From NCBI GenBank assembly GCA_963693365.1, contig CAVNZM010000005.1, forward strand, positions 8,536,334 through 8,600,333: 64,000 nucleotides of DNA. Direction: 5' to 3'. Shown one piece after another: positions 48,249 to 64,000 of the stretch. The notes beneath the pieces were generated by a model, which saw only the letters and a program-made list of their open reading frames with translations, was not told the DNA's origin and made no database searches. Every line of letters starts with the position of its first letter. Within the stretch, counting starts at the first letter, position 1. The position numbers and the translations under genes were made by a program. Source of the stretch: Amoebidium appalachense. Lineage: Eukaryota > Protista > Ichthyosporea.

Positions 48249-49838
48249 CGTGCGTGAGTGTGTGTATGTGTGCGTGTTTGTGCGTGCGTGCGTCCGTGTG
48301 TGGGTTTGTAAATGTGTTGCCCTTTTTGGATGTGCGTGTTTGTGTGGGTGTGCGCGTCTCTCTCTTACTGTGTTTTTGTATGCTTTTCCTGTAAGATGGT
48401 TTGTGTTCCTGTTGCACACGTTTTGCACCCTAGTGTTGTGTTTTGACCCGTGGAGTATGTTGTGAGGGTGTGTGGGTTTGTGCACGTGCATGTGTTTTCC
48501 TTGCACGTGTTTCTATGGGTGCTCTCGTGCTCACTGCATGTGTGATGTGTGTGTCATGTGTGGTGCGTGTGTTCTACCTAGTTTGTGTGGCTTCTACGCC
48601 GAATACACAACTGTGTGTGTTGTTTTTAGACGGGGGCCATCATATTTCGCATGCGTACCTCTGGTTGTGTTTTGGTCTGGTGATTGCCTGGTGCCCTGCC
48701 TCATCATCTGAGCAGTTTAGGTCTTGCTTCTCTACAGGGTTAACAGATAGCTGTTAGTACGTGTGTAACTTGAGCAGCAGGGGAGGATTATGCTTTTCTT
48801 CGGTTGTTACGTTTGGCCTTTCATCAAAGGCCTGTGCTGCCTGTGTTCATAGAAGAGCTGGTCCCTGCGGCATTCGTCTATTCATGTTGTTCTCAAATTC
48901 TTTTTTCTTTTTTTCTTTTTGTTTTGTGCTTTTGTTTAGCATGATTAAAAGGCAAACACCGGCAGGTGTGCCCTTCCTTACACATAAGACATAACATTTT
49001 TTTGCTGTTTGTGTATACTCAAGTTTATTCATGTATAGAAATGGCTTTTCCCTCACTTTGCAAATGCTTGAAAGTTAAGTTGTTAATTGTGTACATTCTC
49101 TCCGTGTAATTGGGAAAGATGTTTGTATATGGGGTTTTTACTTCGATATATATGCGGTCGTAGCACAATCCCTTTTTCATGCAGGCACGTTTGTATGCGC
49201 TTGTGTGTAGTAGTATCATGTTCAGCCAAGGCTTTATGCTGCTCGGTGCAAGCTGGATTTGCTCTTCAAGCATTGCACACCAGGGCCCTTTTTCTTTTCT
49301 TTTCTTTTTTTTTATCTTCTCGTGGTTACTTAAGACACACTCCCTTCCTTTCGTTCCCCTGAACCCTGTTTAAGTGAGGGAGTAGGCAAGCCTTGTAGAA
49401 GCCCGACTTAGGCCATGCTTGTTTGCTTGGTTATTTGCTTGGTTTTTTTAGTTCTGCACATGATTACATATACTTGTGATGTGTGTTTTTGGGCTGCTGC
49501 TCCTTGAACAATCCTGTTTGCTTTTGGGCAAAACGGTATGACTCGTTTTTATGACTTGAGTTGAAGCAAAGGATGAGTTGAGAATCATTTGTAAGGGGTT
49601 AATAAGTCAAACCCGTTACTTGTAGGGGCCATGGGAGCACCCTTGTTACGGTCGATTTGTAAGTGTCTGCTGCGTGCACATTTCTTTTGGTTTCTGTTGT
49701 GCGTTTTTTTAATATGTGGTTTACTCCTGTGTTCGAAAATGTTTCAGCTCTGTGCGTGTAGGGCTTACGCACATTTCTTCACGCGCACACTCAGTTCCAG
49801 ATGGATATGCGCACACACAAAGGCATAATGACACACAA

Positions 49839-49918
<80 letters not shown>

Positions 49919-50121
49919 ATCGCACACACACACGTGCTCGCACACACACGCCGTGCATTATCCAAGCACACATACCAGCCCGTCATTTGTTGGTTTTCTG
50001 CGGCATTGCTTCTTCCACACCCACACGACAGGTTTTCGAGCGTGCACAAAGCGGTTTTTTGTTCCCTCAGGCCATCTGTAGATCAGTTATGGTGTCGGCT
50101 TTTCAGGAATTCCCCTGAATT

Positions 50122-50272
50122 GATGACGTGGGCCCTCCGTGAGGATGGGCTCTGCTTATGACACATACTGTGCACATGGATGATGTTGCATACTTGAATG
50201 TTTGCCTTGCATGTGACCTGACCATGCTTCTCATCGTGTATGTGTACTTCGTACCGTGTTCCGCATTCAAAC
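50122..50272 (+). mobile_element. Diverged member of the same repeat family
   Basis: Retains GATGACGTGGGCCC..TGAGGATGGGCTCTGCTTAT, GTGTACTTCGTAC and the GCATTCAAAC+poly-C terminus, with a different middle section. Confidence 0.75.
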
Positions 50273-50405
50273 CCCCCCCCCCCCCCCCCCCCCTTTTTCT
50301 CTCTCTCTCTTACTTGGTCGTTTTGTGTGGTTGGTTGTTTTGTGTGGTTGTCTTTGTTGGTTTTTAATGTCTATGATTCCATGCCACCATGTAATGCACA
50401 TATCG

Positions 50406-50499
50406 GCAGAATGGGTTCTGCCTATTATGCAGACTCTTTGCTTGTCTGCCCTGTGTTGTCCATTGTAAATGTGTGCATGGTGCTTTTTAACGCATTCTC
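50406..50499 (+). mobile_element. Highly diverged member of the repeat family
   Basis: AGAATGGGTTCTGCCTATTATGCA...ACGCATTC followed by a C-run. Confidence 0.55.
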
Positions 50500-50667
50500 C
50501 CCCCTCTCCCCTCGCTTCACTTTACCCTTTGCACATAACCGTTTTCTTGCACCTTTAACCTATAAGCACGCATACACACGCAGGAGCCCGTGCATGATGC
50601 GCACACGTACATGTGTCTTGTGGTTTGTGCGCACACCAATGCATACGTGCGTCCGCGCATCGCTCGT

Positions 50668-50707
<40 letters not shown>

Positions 50708-50721
50708 ACACACACACACAT

Positions 50722-50802
<81 letters not shown>

Positions 50803-50957
50803 TTTTGGCACTGGCTCCCCTTTCCCACTGCGGCTTCGATGATCTCGTGACGATTTATACCCTCTATGCGCTGGATAAAGGGGGAGGATATACCTAAAAG
50901 AGGAAATTGGGCGAGGAGGGGGGTGAGGGGGGGAGTGGAGGAGGAAGGAAGATGGCT

Positions 50958-50996
<39 letters not shown>

Positions 50997-51269
50997 TGGG
51001 AACCATCCTGCCAGTGGTTTCAGTAACACGGGTTTGACGATTCCTCTCGTAGTCAGTGACAGTTAGAGTGTGATCGGTTGGCTGTGGTTTCGTTTTCTGT
51101 GGGTGTTGATCTTTACTTCTTGTTTTTCCCTCCTTTCATTTTGTGCTTTTTTTTTTTTTTTTGGCTAGTCTTACATTGTTTGTTTGTTTGGTTGTCCACA
51201 GCTTGTTCATTTGTGTGCGTGTGTGGGTGTGGCTGTGGGTGTGGGTGTGGATGTTTTTTTTTTTTTATT

Positions 51270-51301
<32 letters not shown>

Positions 51302-51486
51302 GATGCTTTTCCCGGCACCTATAAACCCTGTTGCCGCACACATTAACCTTTTTGCGGCACGTGTAACCCTTTTGTGCCACTCGTATTTCCTTTTTTATGA
51401 GCCGTTGTTGCAGCACGTGTCGACCCTTTTTGCTGCAAGTATTAAGCCTTTCCCCCCCCTTTTTTTGCAGGTGCACTGGCGGTAGG

Positions 51487-58326
<6,840 letters not shown>

Positions 58327-58893
58327 TGCCGATCGGACGAGATCGGGATCGGATCGGAACAAATCGGACGGCAGGGGGCTGGGCCTGTGTGTGAGTTGGC
58401 GGCAGTGTGAATCATGAGATCAAAGTCCGATTAAAATGGATCGGATCTAATCGGATTCGATCGGGGTTAGGAATACCGCCAAGGCTCTATGCACAGGCAC
58501 GAGCCTCCATGGTCCATTTTTCTTCTCCTCTTTTTTCTAATACTCTCTCCCACCCTCTCTCTTTCTATCCCTCTCTATCTCCTTCTCATATCTCTCTCTC
58601 TCTCTCTCTCTCTCTTTCTTCTCTCCCTCTTCTTCACTCTCTCCCCCTTTCTTAATTGATGCCCAGTGAATGTTAGTCCTTTTCACGCTTGCTTTTCCCT
58701 CTCACATCAGTTGACATCGCCAGTGACGAGAATTGTATGGGTATGGGTACTGGTTTCAGGTTTTTATTCGTTTTTTTCCTTTTTAGAGCGGTGTTACGCA
58801 GTTTGTGTACTCTTTAAGTCATTATTGGATGTTATATCGAGCTAGTAGGTAAGATGCTTTCGGTGCAACGAGTATGGGTTAATAGTGTAGTTT

Positions 58894-58926
<33 letters not shown>

Positions 58927-59258
58927 CTGCTGCGCTGAATCAAAACATAAAGAGATATCTATCATAACACAGCCAATACACGTGCATAATCAGTATATGG
59001 TATGATCGTCAGTTAAAATTTATAGATGTGCTGCCATTCGTCCATTAATTTGTTGTCCTCTGTGATGCGTTAGGATTCAGAAGATACATTTGCTGATAAA
59101 AGTGTCTACCTTAGGCCTGGTTTGGGTGTAGTTGATGTGTGGAAAAGAGATTACATGATATGTTATTTTGCCCTTTTAACGCTTGTGGGTCGGGTTCGAC
59201 GTAATAAGGGGTAGGTATACGCTAGTTTTGTGTTTGGGCTGTGTTGCACGTGACACAC

Positions 59259-59259
<1 letters not shown>

Positions 59260-59293
<34 letters not shown>

Positions 59294-59405
59294 CACAAAG
59301 AGCACAACATACACACACACACGCATGCAGACACAGACACACACACACACACACACCCACACACACAATACAAAGAGCACATACACACACACACACAATA
59401 CAAAG

Positions 59406-59457
<52 letters not shown>

Positions 59458-59493
59458 ACAAAGAGCACATACACACACACACAAAATACAAAG

Positions 59494-59555
<62 letters not shown>
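59260..59555 (+). repeat. ATACAAAGAGCAC motif repeated with variable (CA)n spacers
   Basis: About five copies of (TA)CAAAGAGCAC separated by CA runs of different lengths. Confidence 0.8.
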
Positions 59556-59561
<6 letters not shown>

Positions 59562-60507
59562 TGTACTGGTAACACGTTGCTGCACTTGCCAGCCAGGCAC
59601 ACGGCTGGCCATGTATAGTTGAGGCTGTACATTAGCCGGGGGCCCCACGTGCATTGGGCATATAAAAAGAAATAAATGGTCATTCATATTGTTTACTGGT
59701 GCAGGCGCAGGTTGGCCCTTGTCACAGTGTATGTGGAGCCTCCGTTTGGGCTTTTGTCTTTGATATGTAAGGCTATCGTGCTCTCTGCATATCAGATGTG
59801 TGTATGTGTGTGGCTATGTGTGACTGTGCGCGCGTGCCTGGCATGTCACACGTGTGTACGTGTGTGTGTGTGTGTGTGTGTGTGTACAAGACTGGGGGGG
59901 ACATGCATACTGGCCTACCTAAGATCAAACACAGTGGTATATATACATGTACACGCGCGCGTATATCTCAACCTGTGTACATCCATACTAGATATCCGGT
60001 ATAATATACCACAAGTGTACACAACAGACATCAATGTTTAGACACGACTGAACTCAATTTATTTTGATCTCGAATAAATACCTGAAATTCCCTCAAGTTA
60101 AATCCATACATGATTTCCGACCAGTCGGAAATCAGATCTGTCTCTAATAGAAACCAATCACTAAGAACCAATTGCTTTCAGAGAGATCTGGTACGCGGAG
60201 ACGTACACGATAGGACACAGACACTACAGTATACGGACGGCGGGCGGCGGGCCCGGCGTCCGCGATTGGCCCGGTCCGCCGGACCAGGGTACCCAGGGCT
60301 CGGAAATCCACGGCCCGCCTGGCGGCCACGGGGCCTGCCAGACTACCAGGTAGCCGCACTCGTGCGGGGGGGGGGGGGGGGGGGGGAGCCGGGGTAGACG
60401 GGGTTGGGGGCGGGGGGCACGCCGGCAAGGCGCGTTGGGCGCCCGCGCGTGACCCTTCGCCAACCCCCCGCGTGCCCCGGTCACGCCCGGCCCGTCTCGA
60501 TTATGTT

Positions 60508-60562
<55 letters not shown>

Positions 60563-60868
60563 CCCGCCCGCCCGCCCGCCCGCCCCCTCCCGCCCGCCCA
60601 GGAGGCCACACTGGGCCTCTCCATCGGGCGGGGAATCCGCAAACCGCTAAATGACATAAATATAGTAGTAAACAAATAATAAATTGATCAAATGAATGAA
60701 TAAACAAAGAATACTTATACTAGTTCCTTTTTGGGATAGTGAAAAAAAAAAAGGGGGGGGAAATTCGGAAAAAAAAAAAAAAAAAAAAAACTTTGAAAAA
60801 AAAAAAAAAAAAAGAAGAAGCTGAAAGCGTGAAAGCCTATGTGTGTGTGTGTGTGCCGTGTGTGTGTG

Positions 60869-60947
<79 letters not shown>

Positions 60948-61098
60948 AAATCTAAATCAATACTTGAAAGTCTAGCATTTAGTACATCAAGTCCCCCCCC
61001 CCCCCCCTCCCCCTCCTCCCCAACCCGCTAAATAAGTAAATATAGAGGAAATCAATAAGTAATTGATTCAAATAATAATAAAAACATACTAATTCTTT

Positions 61099-61121
61099 TC
61101 AAGGGGACCAAACCAAAAAAG

Positions 61122-61155
<34 letters not shown>

Positions 61156-61608
61156 CAACTCATACAAACAAGGACGTACTAGTCTTTCTGCTCCCTCACA
61201 CCTTACTCTCACACCACGAATTTGGCACCACACACCTACACGAGTAAGAGGCAACCCCTCCCCCTTCGCCTCATACAAATCCATATTCAGGGTTTCATCA
61301 AGCTCCAAACCATTACCGTAACTCACACGGAAAAGACTCAGCGATTCCGCGCGTGTGGGGGCTCTGCGGCTCTCTAAACTCTCCATGTGCGAGCGCAAAT
61401 GTGCGTTTGCCGTTTCGGCTTGTGCAATTGCACGTGTGGTTGCGTTGTTGATTGTGTTGTTTGCGTTTACAAAACCCTCAGAAATGATTGCTTGGACTTC
61501 TTGGGTAGTTTCCTGAAACTTGTCTGTGGCCTCATTTACTGTGTGCAGTGCACTATTCAACGCCCCAAGTGCAGCTGCCTGCACCTGGACTACTGGCTTG
61601 CAAGTCAT
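61099..61608 (-). CDS. Hypothetical protein with Ala/Asn/Thr-rich helical (coiled-coil-like) N-terminal region; 3' end uncertain
   Basis: 169-codon ATG-initiated ORF in complex sequence. Only the last ~20 codons run into a (GT)n tract, so it may be spliced. No family recognised. Confidence 0.4.
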
Positions 61609-62659
61609 GATCGGTGGGTTTAATATGCATTCAACCTGCCTATATGACTATGATGTAAAAACTAGCTTTACAAGACTGCTTCGAACTAGTTGGGGCCTTC
61701 GTATGTTTCTGCTCGTTTATCGACATAGTCGGCCACATGAGTCCTTTGCATACCATGCGATGTGCGGCCGCCGCCTATCATTGGCCCTGCCGAGCTTTGG
61801 GCGGTCGTTGAAATCACGGCGAACCACTGTTTTGTATGGGAAGGAGATCGAAATACTAAAGATAGGGGGTCTAAACTGACCAGATAAACCCGATAATTCG
61901 TCCTACTATGTATAGGACCCCTTGGTGCGCTAACATAATCCCGAAAAATGACCGAGGTCAGTATGTTAAGATTTTTGAAAATCCGGCGTCGACGTTATGT
62001 TGTGCGCGGAGTATGTTACGTGCGGACGCATACTGTAGTTAAGATCAACTCGTGTCATTATCAAGGAAGTTCTAACCTATGATACACTGCAAAGACTCAG
62101 GCATACCACACTTAACCTTGATGATTGGTTAAAGCTCGGCAACACATGAAAACTAAAGTAAATTAATGAAGTCTGATCACACATGTCAACCTAAGTGTAG
62201 CCTAAGTGTGTTACCGTCCAATCAACACACATTAAGTAACACAATGATCTACCTAACATATATTAGTAGAAAAGAAATACGATTATACACATGAAGACAA
62301 GGAGAGAAAGAAAAGAAAATAAGGAAGGAGAAAGAGAAAGGAGAAGAGAGCACAGATCAGCAAACAAGATACCGTCAATAGTAGTATAACTATAACTAGA
62401 GATATTTATGTACACACGAACATGTACACGTCTCTCCCTCTGAGTTGGTGGATCCGTGTACACACATATAAATATTCTAATTGATATTACAATACACGAT
62501 TAAAGCCGATACAACACGATTACAAGTATACAAGCATATCGGAGATCGATGCTACACTTTACATAATAGGAGACTCGGTGTGGCATTTACACTAAGCATA
62601 TGAACTGAAACATAACACAAACTGAGAAGATCTTACAATATGTAAATACTACGTATTAT

Positions 62660-62767
<108 letters not shown>

Positions 62768-63160
62768 ATGGCACGTGTGTGCGTGTGTGCGCCATTGTGT
62801 TTATGGCACAGTGAATTTGCTGATACCAGAGATACATAGCCGGCTAGGGAGGCCCGGGCCCGGCCCCGGGCGAAGGGGAGGTTCAACAGTGTGTGTGTGT
62901 GTGGGGGGGGGGGGAGAGGGAGGGAGGGACTCGAGAGGGAGGGCGGGGGAGGGGCCGGGGGAGGGGGGGCCGGGGTTCTTTCCTCGGGAAGGGGGGGAGG
63001 GATGAGAGGGGGGCGGAGAGGGAGGGACCCGGGAGGGAGGGGGGGAGGGGGGGGGGGTCCTTCCTCGGGAGGAAAAGGGTGGGGGGGGGGGGGGGGAAGG
63101 GGTCCGAAGAAGTGGTTTCAGGAGTCCTACTATTAAGGTCTATGCCGAGGTTTCTCGATT

Positions 63161-63250
63161 ATGACGTAGTTATGACGTAACTATAATAAGCGTGATGTCA
63201 TTCAACGGATGATGTCACGAATTCAAGAATGACGTCGCCGGATTACGTAC
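63161..63250. promoter_or_regulatory. Cluster of six CRE/ATF-like sites
   Basis: TGACGTA x2, TGATGTCA x2, TGACGTC and TTACGTA within 90 bp. Confidence 0.4.
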
Positions 63251-64000
63251 TGTTACGAGCTGGTAGTTGCCAGTGCGACGCTGCCTTCCAGCAGCTTCTA
63301 CTGGCTATCATGGAGGGGCGTTGCTAGGCTCGCTCCCGGGCCTCGCTGCTCGGCCCGGGGCTCGTTTGGGGTCGCCCCCCGGGGCCGTCCGACTCGGGCT
63401 CGCCGGGAAAGTTCTCGCATTATCTGGACACATTCCAAGACCTAAATTGGAAAAACTTGTTCTCCAATCATGTACCGGCTCAATCTTACACGTGCACCTC
63501 AAACAATAACACGATCGCCATTTGAATCTCCCGCCAACCGCGATGCAAATCTGGCTGGTTATGTGTCTGTTCTGATTGCAGTAGTTTTATTGGTTGGACC
63601 AGGCAATAATAGATTGTGTGTTCTCATTGATGCATCTAATTATCTAGTTATGGCGAACTACCGCGGCATCATCCTTTGCGGCTCCCGCCAAATCTGACCA
63701 CCCGCGAACCAAAGGCTTGGCACGTGATCGCTACGGATTTAGTGTCGTTGGGAGAGCGTTTGTCGTATCCTAATATATGTGTACTAGAGACGCGGTACTC
63801 TACTAAGTGTACACACACGAAAAGGAACGAACGTGTACAGAAAAACGGTAAAGTTTATTCAGACCAGGCTCCGACGGGCAAACTTAGATCCGAACGGAAT
63901 GAGTCTAAGTTACGACTGAGGCCATCAAGGCCGTGCCCTCAAAGATCATCATCACCTGGCCCCCTACGATGCCACATTCCATTAACATTCCGATCTACTT

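Noticed and set aside
62838-63110. Almost pure G/C patches (also ~60235-60640) as genes or CpG islands
   Set aside because: No credible coding signal, and they may be low-quality consensus next to homopolymers; this cannot be judged without reads.

Overview
Eukaryotic genomic DNA, extremely rich in poly-C/G tracts and (CA)/(GT)/(CT) microsatellites; nearly all ORFs in the supplied track are repeat artefacts. I traced three multi-exon genes by hand, with splice phases consistent except at one junction: exocyst subunit Sec8/EXOC4 (+, 30 exons, 5' end upstream of the window), SAGA/ATAC adaptor ADA3/TADA3 (-, 14 exons, 590 aa) and a heterotrimeric G-alpha (+, 7 exons, 355 aa) with Gq-type intron positions. 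There is also an intronless mucin-like single-pass membrane protein gene and a hypothetical ORF. Animal-like proteins and intron positions suggest a unicellular holozoan such as an ichthyosporean (inference only). Most notable: (1) a family of non-coding, 5'-truncated retroposon-like elements ending in ...CATTCAAAC directly against poly-C, with no poly-A tail, always oriented with the C-rich strand; (2) a tandem pair of covarying ~115-nt structured hairpins in a Sec8 intron; (3) recurrent duplications of exon-intron junctions; (4) many acceptors with (CA)n instead of a polypyrimidine tract; (5) a 1.37-kb foldback-like element built from GCGGAGGGG motifs. All alignments and folds were done by eye; homopolymer lengths may be unreliable.
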